Of a DNA stretch of 64,000 nucleotides, positions 1 through 8,907 are shown piece after piece (within the stretch, counting starts at the first letter, position 1; each line of letters opens with the position of its first letter). The notes under the pieces are model-generated. The model had not been told where the DNA came from. It made no database searches and saw nothing but the letters and a program-made list of their open reading frames with translations. The stretch comes from Promethearchaeota archaeon (lineage in GTDB: Archaea; Asgardarchaeota; Lokiarchaeia; Sigyniarchaeales; SOKP01): NCBI GenBank assembly GCA_048938895.1, contig JBHLLU010000005.1:1-64000 (forward strand). Direction: 5' to 3'. The translations under genes and the position numbers were made by a program.

Positions 1-810
1 TTTATTATCATGTCGTTCTTTTCTATGACCATCATAATAATACTTACCTGCGGAAGGTTTAAACTCATATGTCTTAACTATTTTGCTTTTTCTGATTGAT
101 TCAATAAGATTTCGATAATTTGATTTATTTAAATCAAAAACATTTGCCTCTCTTCCCAATCTATGAAAGCATGTTGAATGACAATCTGAGTTTGAAATAA
201 TAGTTAGGTTATTTAACTCAGAAATGCTTCTCACCATCATCGGATCAGCACTTAATCCTGTTTCTATAGCATAAATTAAACTCATACTTTCACCTAATGC
301 TTCTTTCAAATTTTTAAAAAGTAACTTTTCCCCAAATATTCCGAAAAAAGGGGTGAAAATATGAGCGGGGATTATTTCAATACTAGAATCTATTGTTTTT
401 AAGCCATATATTATAGACTCGACAGAACAATAAATCTTCGGTCTGCCATTTAGGGATAAGTTTCCATATCTTGATAAAAATATATAACTTTCGTCTAGTT
501 TTTCGAAATTAGGGAATAACAAAATGAAATGGACTCTTTTCAAAAGCCCATTGTGTTTCCAAATTAATTCAATTTCACTCTGTAAAACAAAATGGACTGT
601 AGGTACCTTTTCCAAAAAATAAAAGCCGTCTGTGTATTCAGTTAATTCTATTCTTAATTTATGTAACCATGAAGGATGTAAACAATCTCCAGTACCTAAA
701 ATCTTTAATCCCTTTTTCGCAGAATTTAAAGCTAGTCCAAAAATATCTATATTTCTACTAGCTCCGCTAGAATATTTACTATGAATATGTAGATCACCTA
801 CTATTTGCAT
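1..810 (-). CDS. Endonuclease Q family / PHP-domain protein (TIGR00375-like), partial; runs off the left edge
   Basis: Hand translation from ATG at 810: MQIVGDLHIHSKYSSG...GTGDCLHP...IIPAHIFTPFFG...IETGLSAD...SNSDCHS...RLGREAN...GKYYYDGHR. These are typical EndoQ/PHP motifs. Not in the ORF track because it is truncated. Confidence 0.85.
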   Translation of the reverse strand, partial: MQIVGDLHIHSKYSSGASRNIDIFGLALNSAKKGLKILGTGDCLHPSWLHKLRIELTEYTDGFYFLEKVPTVHFVLQSEIELIWKHNGLLKRVHFILLFPNFEKLDESYIFLSRYGNLSLNGRPKIYCSVESIIYGLKTIDSSIEIIPAHIFTPFFGIFGEKLLFKNLKEALGESMSLIYAIETGLSADPMMVRSISELNNLTIISNSDCHSTCFHRLGREANVFDLNKSNYRNLIESIRKSKIVKTYEFKPSAGKYYYDGHRKERHDNK

Positions 811-1057
811 TAGAAATCAATCCATTCTTAAAAAAATTGTAATAGAATTATGTTAAAATTATTTAAAATCCACGAAAATAATTAAAAATAAAAAAATAGG
901 AAGATTAAGTTTTCCATTCTCTCTGAATTCAAATTTTAACAAAGAACCTATAATCCTATAGAACTTTTTGTATGAATATCTTTATATTTTGCTTAAATTT
1001 TATTTTAAATAGAATCTGATAGTTAAATTGAGAAAAAGTTAATAAAATTCTCTAATT

Positions 1058-2347
1058 ATGAAAAATAACAATTTCCAGCATCCATCTAAGGATATCACGG
1101 AGAGTAAAGGTACCATCCTTAGAGGAAAAACTATTTGCATGTGTCTAACTGGCTCCGTAGCAATAATAACTTCTCCAATTGTAGCAAGAGAACTTATGAG
1201 GTTAGGTGCTGAAGTAATTTGTGTGATGTCTAAAGCTGCCACAGATCTAGTTAACCCGTCTTTAATGGAATGGGCAACAGGAAATAAAGTTATAACTAAT
1301 TTAACTGGTGCTGTTGAGCATGTTTATTTAGCTGGTGATAGACCAAATAAAGTTGGTAAAGCTGATATTATTTTAATCTGTCCTGCAACAGCAAATACTA
1401 TTTCAAAGATTGCTAGCGGTATTGACGATACTCCCGTAACAACAGTAGTATCTACCGCATTTGGATCCTCAATCCCCATTGTGATAGTACCTGCTATGCA
1501 CGAGAGCATGTATAATCATCCAATTCTTAAACAAAATGAATCCAAGCTAAGGAAATGTGGTGTGGAGATATTACGTCCAAGACTTACTGAGGGAAAAGCA
1601 AAAATCGCCCGTATTGATGATATCATTGATAGGGTTATTGACATTTTGGTTACCAAAAAGGATTATGAAGGTAAAAGAGTCCTAATTACCGCAGGTCCTA
1701 CTCGAGAGGCAATTGATTCAGTTCGTTTTGTTTCCAATAAATCATCTGGAAAAATGGGAATAGAAATAGCAAAAGAAGCATCAGCGAGAGGTGCTGAGGT
1801 TATTCTAGTAGCAGGAGAATGCAGAGCTAAGCTTCCAGAATATATAGAAACGATTAATGTAGTTTCTACAGACGACTTTATAAGAGCTGTTAAAGATGAG
1901 ATCTCGTGTAAAGAATATGATTTTTTTATTTCTGCAGCAGCCATAAGTGATTATAAACCAATAGACTGCATCGATGGTAAGATTTCCTCCGATAATGTTG
2001 AAGAATTACAACTTAACATGAGATTGACCCCTAAAATCATAGATGTTGCTCGTAAAAAAGATTATAATCTGTTTATTGTGGCGTTTAAAGCTGAAACTAA
2101 TGTTTCCAGAAGTGAATTGATAAATAGAGCCTTTAATAGACTTAATAAATCTGAAGTCGATTTAATAGTTGCTAATGATATTGGTAGAAAGGATATCGGG
2201 TTTAGTAGTAAATACAACGAAGTATACATTATTGACAAGAAAAAACACATCACTCATGTTGAAAGAAACACAAAAAGATATATTGCATCTAAAATTCTTG
2301 ATGTTGCTTTAGAAGCACAAAAAAATCAGCAAATTAAATCTGAATAG
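1058..2347 (+). CDS. coaBC: Bifunctional phosphopantothenoylcysteine decarboxylase/synthetase
   Basis: TGSVA, PATANTISKIASGIDD, PAMHESMY, ITAGPTREAIDSVRFVSNKSSGKMG, AAAISDY, FKAE motifs. Confidence 0.97.
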   Translation: MKNNNFQHPSKDITESKGTILRGKTICMCLTGSVAIITSPIVARELMRLGAEVICVMSKAATDLVNPSLMEWATGNKVITNLTGAVEHVYLAGDRPNKVGKADIILICPATANTISKIASGIDDTPVTTVVSTAFGSSIPIVIVPAMHESMYNHPILKQNESKLRKCGVEILRPRLTEGKAKIARIDDIIDRVIDILVTKKDYEGKRVLITAGPTREAIDSVRFVSNKSSGKMGIEIAKEASARGAEVILVAGECRAKLPEYIETINVVSTDDFIRAVKDEISCKEYDFFISAAAISDYKPIDCIDGKISSDNVEELQLNMRLTPKIIDVARKKDYNLFIVAFKAETNVSRSELINRAFNRLNKSEVDLIVANDIGRKDIGFSSKYNEVYIIDKKKHITHVERNTKRYIASKILDVALEAQKNQQIKSE

Positions 2348-2652
2348 AATCTGGAGTTCTTACTTCTTATTTAAGACTGTAGGGTTATATAAATAATTTT
2401 CCATTTAAGGAAAATATTTAAATACTAATTTAATTACAGTAAAAAGTGAAGAAAAAAGTTAAGTTTGTATAGCTAGTATAAGAGATAGTTGCAATAGTGC
2501 TAATATCTATTACAATTGAGATTCAATTATTTCTCAATATATTTATACTTGTATTATGTTTAGAAAATTAATCAGAATATAAGAACAAGAGTGCGGTTAA
2601 AATTTCAGCAAAAGAAGAAGGAAGTATTAAACAAGGTACGATTGCGGAGTAC

Positions 2653-5600
2653 ATGCGAAAACGTACCCAACTGGTTGGTTTTGAATTTGGGTACTGGAAA
2701 CATGTCCAATATTGTGCCGAATTTATAGATAATGCACTTGATGCTATTGAAAGTTTTCAATGGAAAGAGTTGCAAAATCCTGATTCAAAAATTAAATTTT
2801 CATTGGATCAAGAACTGTTTTTGGAAAAGTTTTCAATTGTAGAGGCAGCAAAAGAAGAGAAGAAGACCCAACATTTAGATAATGAAGCTAAACATACTTT
2901 GATGCAGGAGTTAGGTATTGAAACTCCAGATTTAGAGGAAAACACTATGGTGGAGCAAGAGACAAAGGAGGAAGAATCAGGAGAAATCAGCGATGGAGAG
3001 GAATTAGAAATAGAAGAGGAGGTACTAAGAATCATAGATGATATGCAGGAAATCATTAAACCTGTTGAAAATATTATTGATGTGGAACCAATTGTTATTA
3101 TAAGAATTAGAGAGTTCGAAGCGGCCTCATTTTTAACTTCTGAATTAAGTCAGAAAAACATTAGAAGTTTTACATTTGAAATATTCGATAATGGAACAGG
3201 TATGTCAAAAATAGATTTAAGAAAATTTGGAAGATATCTTGCCTCTTCGAAATCAATGGAATTAAAACAAACGAGGGGTAGTCAAGGATTTGGCGCCCCA
3301 AGTGCCTTTAGTGATGCACAAAATACCACTGGTAAACCAATTATCGCCGTTTCAAAATCGGCGGAAAATGTATATGCCACTGTTTCTGAATTTTTTACAA
3401 CCTCTAAAAATGAAAAGAAATATTTAATTCATCCAACTGATATAGATAGCCCATTTTTGCATGGCACATATATTAAATTGAATTACCTGAACGTAAAATA
3501 CATTAAAGGGTATGTTGAGAAGTATATTGAAGAAACAGCTTTTATGAATCCTCATATAACAATTATTTATATAGATCCTGATGGAAAAGAAAAGATTTAT
3601 CGTCGTTTAGCAACATCCTTCCCAAAAGAACCTAAATATGCAAAACCACATCCATCTTCAATTAATATCGGGGATCTTCAAGATCTAATTTCAAAATCAG
3701 AAAACAAAACAGTTACATCATTCTTAAAAGAAAATTTCGTGAGAATCAGTTCTAAAACAGCAAGAGAAATTGTTGAAATGGCTGAAAAGGATCTTCAAGA
3801 TAAATTAGATCTTCTTATTCTCAAAGATGGATTTGTCACATGCATCCATAAGAAAAGTGAAGTTCCCTACTATTTAAATTTTGAAAAGAGAGTATATGGG
3901 CGTTCTAGCAAGCCGAGAGATAAGCTTATAATTTATCAATTGGACAAGGAAGATATTTTTGATAAATACTGGAATCTAATAGCAAAGTACAATAAAAATG
4001 GAATAAACAAAGAAAAAGTCAATAAGGATATAAAAAAATTAAATGAGCGGCTCGAAAAAGCTGAAACTTTAAAAGAAAAAAGGGAGTATGAAAAACAAAT
4101 TAAATCCTTGTTGAATAATATTGAAGAAATTGATAAAGATAAAGAAAAGCTTAAAAATGAGTTAAATACTCTTATTAAAACAAATAAAACTAATCTAACT
4201 GAGTTAAAAAAAATTAAAAACAGAACTGATTTTGAAGATTTATTGAATAAAGTTCAGTTATCAAAGATTAAACCTTTAGATATATCCAAAGAACAATTTA
4301 ATTCTCTTTTTCTTGCATTCAAATCAATGAAATATATGTCTCCTCCAACGGAAACAGCTATTCCTGTTGGCGATTCGATATTAGAAAATACTTTAATAAA
4401 AGAAATAGGATTAAGAATTTCAGACGGAATTGACGATTTCGATATTCCTGTAGATAATTTAAATCAAACTATTGAGGAATTAAACGAAGAAAAGATTCTA
4501 ACTTTAAACGAAGAGAACTCTAAAGTATTAATAAAACCAGAAGAAATTGCTAATTTAAGCTCTGAAATTTTAAGAAATATAAATATTATAGATGATAAAT
4601 TAGAACCTCAACAAATTAAAAATTCTATTGATGATCTTTTAACATTTACTGAAACAGAATCTGTCGATAGTTATACCAATGTTTTCGAGTATTTCGTTGA
4701 GAATTACACTAAAGATGATGATTTTGTTTCAGCAGAAACCAGGTCACCTACAAGCGGGAAAGGTTTAGCTTATGTTGTGGAAGCTGTACTAGCTTACTCA
4801 AGAAATATTGAAGTTCCAAAACGCTCAAGAGATGTGTTATCAAGATTTGTGAATAGAACCCCAAAATTAAGAGACAGTGCCGATTGTGCTATTACTAAAG
4901 CAGTTCAAACTGTGAACTGGAAAAATTATAAACTTGAAACTTATGACAATAACTTACCAAAAGGCCCAATAAAATTATTAGTAAATGTGTCTGGACCATT
5001 TGTACATCTTATGTTTAAATCCCAATCTAAGAATGCGTTAGCTGATGATGAAGATTTGATCAAGGAAATTAAATTTTGTCTTGAATCAATAGGAAGGAGA
5101 TTGAGAATTTATCTCAATAGAAAAGCAAATCTTCGTCAAAGTGAAAAACGAGCTAGTTTAATTGACAAGTATATCCCGGTTTTCTCTGAAAGCGTATACA
5201 ATATTGCGTCTAAAGGAGAGAGTAAATATAAAGCAGATCTAAAATTAGAAAACATTATTGTATTAATGAAAGAAGCAATTGGGAAAAAACCTGTCTATAC
5301 AAGCAAGCCTGAGGTAGAAATTAAAAAACCGGAGGAGAAAAAAGAGGATATTGTAGAAGAAATAATGAAGGCTGAACCAATTAAAATAGAAAAAGAAGTT
5401 CCTAAACAAGTAATTGAAAAACCTCAATCAACGTTACCTACAATTTCAAAAAAAACCTTATTAAATTGGACTGTTACTGAACTTAAGGCATATTGCGAGG
5501 AGCATCAAATTGAAATTTCTTCAAGTTTAAGGAAAAATCAGATAATAGAAAAAATCTTAGATTCATTTGTGGTTGAAAGAGTATCAATCGAACCAAAAGT

Positions 5601-5922
5601 TAAACCTCAAGTATCCAAAATTGTTGAAGATAAATTTAAACCAATGAAACCTTCAATAGAACAAAAACCTAAGAAAGAATTACCTAAACCGATTCCCTCC
5701 AAGCCAAAATCAATCCAAACAGCATTACCAATTATAACTACTGATAGAATCATAAAGGTATTATCAAAAGAATGGCAAACAATAAAGCACTTAATTTTCA
5801 AATTAAAAATAAAAGATATGATGGACGCTAGATACCTACAATTGAAACTTAAAGAATTGGAACGTAAAGGAGAAGTATTAGTTGAGGTAAAAATGGGTAG
5901 AAAACAATGGAAATTAAAATAA
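2653..5922 (+). CDS. top6B: DNA topoisomerase VI subunit B, about twice normal size with insertions and a C-terminal extension; true start probably ATT at 2602
   Basis: GHKL motifs EFIDNALDA, DNGTGM, QTRGSQGFG, HGT; KPHP; RFVNRTP transducer motif; directly upstream of top6A. Confidence 0.93.
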   Translation: MRKRTQLVGFEFGYWKHVQYCAEFIDNALDAIESFQWKELQNPDSKIKFSLDQELFLEKFSIVEAAKEEKKTQHLDNEAKHTLMQELGIETPDLEENTMVEQETKEEESGEISDGEELEIEEEVLRIIDDMQEIIKPVENIIDVEPIVIIRIREFEAASFLTSELSQKNIRSFTFEIFDNGTGMSKIDLRKFGRYLASSKSMELKQTRGSQGFGAPSAFSDAQNTTGKPIIAVSKSAENVYATVSEFFTTSKNEKKYLIHPTDIDSPFLHGTYIKLNYLNVKYIKGYVEKYIEETAFMNPHITIIYIDPDGKEKIYRRLATSFPKEPKYAKPHPSSINIGDLQDLISKSENKTVTSFLKENFVRISSKTAREIVEMAEKDLQDKLDLLILKDGFVTCIHKKSEVPYYLNFEKRVYGRSSKPRDKLIIYQLDKEDIFDKYWNLIAKYNKNGINKEKVNKDIKKLNERLEKAETLKEKREYEKQIKSLLNNIEEIDKDKEKLKNELNTLIKTNKTNLTELKKIKNRTDFEDLLNKVQLSKIKPLDISKEQFNSLFLAFKSMKYMSPPTETAIPVGDSILENTLIKEIGLRISDGIDDFDIPVDNLNQTIEELNEEKILTLNEENSKVLIKPEEIANLSSEILRNINIIDDKLEPQQIKNSIDDLLTFTETESVDSYTNVFEYFVENYTKDDDFVSAETRSPTSGKGLAYVVEAVLAYSRNIEVPKRSRDVLSRFVNRTPKLRDSADCAITKAVQTVNWKNYKLETYDNNLPKGPIKLLVNVSGPFVHLMFKSQSKNALADDEDLIKEIKFCLESIGRRLRIYLNRKANLRQSEKRASLIDKYIPVFSESVYNIASKGESKYKADLKLENIIVLMKEAIGKKPVYTSKPEVEIKKPEEKKEDIVEEIMKAEPIKIEKEVPKQVIEKPQSTLPTISKKTLLNWTVTELKAYCEEHQIEISSSLRKNQIIEKILDSFVVERVSIEPKVKPQVSKIVEDKFKPMKPSIEQKPKKELPKPIPSKPKSIQTALPIITTDRIIKVLSKEWQTIKHLIFKLKIKDMMDARYLQLKLKELERKGEVLVEVKMGRKQWKLK

Positions 5923-5936
5923 GGAGGAAGAAGTAA

Positions 5937-7124
5937 ATGTCTCAAAAACAAAAACTCAAAAAATTTGACTTAACAGCAGCGAAAGACTTATTTAATGAGT
6001 ACATAAAAGAAGGTCAAGTTAAAAAAAAAATTGAATTCCCCTCAGATGCTGTAAAAATTGATGATTTACATAGAAAAGAAGTGCTAACCAGAGTATATAA
6101 ACTTGTAGATGATGTCTTAACTCAAATTTATGACTCTGGAAGACCCTCTATTCAATTACCTTCAAGAGCAAGTTCAAATATTAGATGGGATGAAGAAAAT
6201 GACCTTCTACTCCTAGGAAAACAAATAATGGAGAAACAATTTCATACACTCACTAGTGTAGCAGATATAACGCGGTTAATGAGAGTACTTGAAGTTGTAA
6301 CAGAACTTTTGAATGAAAATCTCCATGCTACAAAAAGAGAGGTATTTTATACGGATGTAAATCTTTTTAAAGAGCAAAAAAATAGTGATAAAAGTATTGA
6401 AGATGTTGCTACAATGTTATACACTACAAGAAATTCTACTCATATCGTCGCAGCTCCAAGAGGTTCATGTGTGGGAAGATTGAGAATAAGAGATCAAACA
6501 GATATTATCGATCTTGAGGGACAAGGTAGTGGAGGTTGGACAATTTCCCCATTTTTGGATCAGATAGAGATAATCGAATCTGATGCAGAATTTATTTTAG
6601 TTATTGAAAAAAATGCTGCTATGATGAGACTTTCAGAAGCAAGGTTTTGGCGTGATTACCCCTGTATTTTGATAACTGCGCAAGGAGTTGGAAATGTTGC
6701 TACACGAATGTTTTTAAAAAGATTAAACAAAGAATTAAACTTACCTACCTTTACTTTAGTAGATAGTGATCCCTATGGACATTATATCCATTCTGTCTAT
6801 TTAAGAGGCTCAAAAAGATTAAGTTATGAATCACCTTTCCTCGCCACTCCTAATATAAAACTTTTGGGAGTTTTAACGAGAGATTTAGATGAATATAAAA
6901 TTCCTACAGAGGCAAGAATAAAGATGAACAAACAGGATGAGAAGAGAACTAAAGATCTTTTACAGGAAGATTTTGTAAAAATTAATAAAGCATGGGAGAC
7001 CGATCTTAAATTGGCTTTAAAGAAAAAAGAAAAGGCAGAAATTCAAGCTTTTGCTTCTCATGGCTTTAAATTTCTAACTGATGAATATCTACCAGAAAAA
7101 TTAACTACAGGTGATTGGATATAA
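5937..7124 (+). CDS. top6A: DNA topoisomerase VI subunit A (Spo11 family)
   Basis: TKREVFY catalytic Tyr, VIEK, DSDPYG TOPRIM acidic motif, KAEIQA; SD AGGAGG upstream. Confidence 0.96.
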   Translation: MSQKQKLKKFDLTAAKDLFNEYIKEGQVKKKIEFPSDAVKIDDLHRKEVLTRVYKLVDDVLTQIYDSGRPSIQLPSRASSNIRWDEENDLLLLGKQIMEKQFHTLTSVADITRLMRVLEVVTELLNENLHATKREVFYTDVNLFKEQKNSDKSIEDVATMLYTTRNSTHIVAAPRGSCVGRLRIRDQTDIIDLEGQGSGGWTISPFLDQIEIIESDAEFILVIEKNAAMMRLSEARFWRDYPCILITAQGVGNVATRMFLKRLNKELNLPTFTLVDSDPYGHYIHSVYLRGSKRLSYESPFLATPNIKLLGVLTRDLDEYKIPTEARIKMNKQDEKRTKDLLQEDFVKINKAWETDLKLALKKKEKAEIQAFASHGFKFLTDEYLPEKLTTGDWI

Positions 7125-7507
7125 GAATTTTCCGCAAAAAGGATGGAGGTATTGTTCAATTAATTGATAAAGAAAAAATTGTGGAATGGCCAATTGAACT
7201 ACCACTCAAGTTCGTAGAAGATATAAAAAGTAAGCTTAAAAGCTATAGGGATGAAAAAGTAGAAGAAGAAATTGCCCTCTACCTAGATGATATTCTTAAT
7301 TCTATAGCAATTCCGAATATTAAAGAAATATTTGAAAGTGGGGATCAGGAAACAGTTAATTCTGTTCTCACCTCCTTTGAAGAACTATCAGAATCTAATG
7401 CTGGGGCAGTGAAACCCATCACATCTTTATTAAAAAGTTTGACTAAAAATAATAATAAAAAAGTAATAGAAAGTGCCCAAAGAATTTTAACTAATTTAGA
7501 AGTTTAG
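7115..7507 (+). CDS. Hypothetical helical (HEAT-like C-terminus) protein overlapping the top6A end
   Basis: 130-aa ORF with a TTG start overlapping top6A by 10 nt; amphipathic helices. Confidence 0.75.
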   Translation: MDIRIFRKKDGGIVQLIDKEKIVEWPIELPLKFVEDIKSKLKSYRDEKVEEEIALYLDDILNSIAIPNIKEIFESGDQETVNSVLTSFEELSESNAGAVKPITSLLKSLTKNNNKKVIESAQRILTNLEV

Positions 7508-7529
7508 AACACCTTAAACTTGAGCTATC

Positions 7530-8201
7530 ATGAAGTGGGATAAGGATGAATTTTACAAATTTATATTATCACAAAAAGTATCTGGATTCTTTAAAGAACC
7601 ATTAAAATTAAAGTCTGGCAGATATTCTAATTGGTATGTAAATTGGAGAAATGTCGCTGAAAATGTACATTCAATCGATATTTTATCAGATTTTATCATC
7701 GCGTTTGTAAAAGACATGGGATTAAAACCTGACTGTTTTTTTGGAGTACCGGAAGGTGCTACGAAACTTGGTATAATCTGCCAGTATAAATGGGCTAAAA
7801 GTCAACCCAATTTTAAAAAAAAATTATATATATTACCAATGGGAAGAGCAAAACCAAAAGATCATGGAGATCCAAAGGATCAATTATTCTTAGGGATACC
7901 ACGAGGAAATGTAATAATTTTAGAAGATGTAACTACCACTGGAAGTTCTTTAATCGAAACTATTGAAAAGTTAAACAAAATTGATGTAACTATACTTGCT
8001 GCAATTGGACTTACCAATAGAAATGAAATAAGGGATGATAACAAAAGCGTTGAGCTTGTAGTTAAAGAAATGGGAGTAAATTATTACGCAATGAGTAATG
8101 CATTGGATTTAATTCCCTATCTTAAACCTGACAAAGATATTGCTCAAAAAATTGAAGAATATTTCAAAAAATATGGAACAAGAGAGATTACAATAACCTA
8201 A
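7530..8201 (+). CDS. pyrE: Orotate phosphoribosyltransferase
   Basis: LKSGRYSNWYVN, GVPEGA, KPKDHG, PRPP-binding ILEDVTTTGSS. Confidence 0.9.
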   Translation: MKWDKDEFYKFILSQKVSGFFKEPLKLKSGRYSNWYVNWRNVAENVHSIDILSDFIIAFVKDMGLKPDCFFGVPEGATKLGIICQYKWAKSQPNFKKKLYILPMGRAKPKDHGDPKDQLFLGIPRGNVIILEDVTTTGSSLIETIEKLNKIDVTILAAIGLTNRNEIRDDNKSVELVVKEMGVNYYAMSNALDLIPYLKPDKDIAQKIEEYFKKYGTREITIT

Positions 8202-8239
8202 AATATTAAGGGAATTAATAATCTGTTGAAAATCCTAAC

Positions 8240-8812
8240 TCACTTATGATTAATAAAAAAACTCCGCCATTGTTTTATAAGGTCGAAGAGGAGTTCAAAG
8301 AGTTTTCTCTCTGAAATAGTTAATCTCCTTTCATCGTCAAGTGATAAATCTGTTTTTGCTAATTTTATTAGCTTTAACAATCGATTATCAATAATACTCA
8401 ATAAATATGAGTTATATCTATCTAGATTTATTTGAGGTTTAGTTTTTTTAATGATGTCATCAACCATAAATTGTTTAAATTCCCTAATTTTATTTAGAAA
8501 AAACTGGTCACTCATGAGCATTAATTTTTGATCGTCTCTTTCACTTATAGCATACCTTTGTACATCAACATTATCGCATTTCTCTTGTTGAATTATTTCC
8601 AAAATATCATTTTGTATAAAAGGAACAGCAGAAAATAACTTCATTTTATATTTTTTTCCTTTCTCGTAAGGTCCAAATGATTCGCCTAACAATTTAAACC
8701 CATTATAACTTTTAATGCACTCCGTGGTGATTATTTCATTTTTATAAATAAAATTTATTCTATTTAGTGAATTAATAAAGTGTTCTTCTATGTATTTCAA
8801 AAAACTTCTCAC
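8240..8812 (-). CDS. gins23: GINS complex subunit, Gins23 (Psf2/Psf3-like) type
   Basis: N-terminal B-domain FGPYEKG..MKLFSA, then helical A-domain ER..L..M...F, RLLKLIKLA, LTISERKLF; close to mcm. Confidence 0.7.
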   Translation of the reverse strand: MRSFLKYIEEHFINSLNRINFIYKNEIITTECIKSYNGFKLLGESFGPYEKGKKYKMKLFSAVPFIQNDILEIIQQEKCDNVDVQRYAISERDDQKLMLMSDQFFLNKIREFKQFMVDDIIKKTKPQINLDRYNSYLLSIIDNRLLKLIKLAKTDLSLDDERRLTISERKLFELLFDLIKQWRSFFINHK

Positions 8813-8907
8813 TAGATTTATTAAATTATAAAAACTTTATATACTATACAATGGTAATACAAGAAATATAATTTCAATATTAAATTATTAATATTCTATA
8901 AAAATTT

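Noticed and set aside
2488-2538. Imperfect inverted repeats upstream of top6B (TTGCAATAG/CTATTACAA; ATTGAGA/TCTCAAT)
   Set aside because: They are short and AT-rich, so plausible by chance; no second copy was seen to support an operator.
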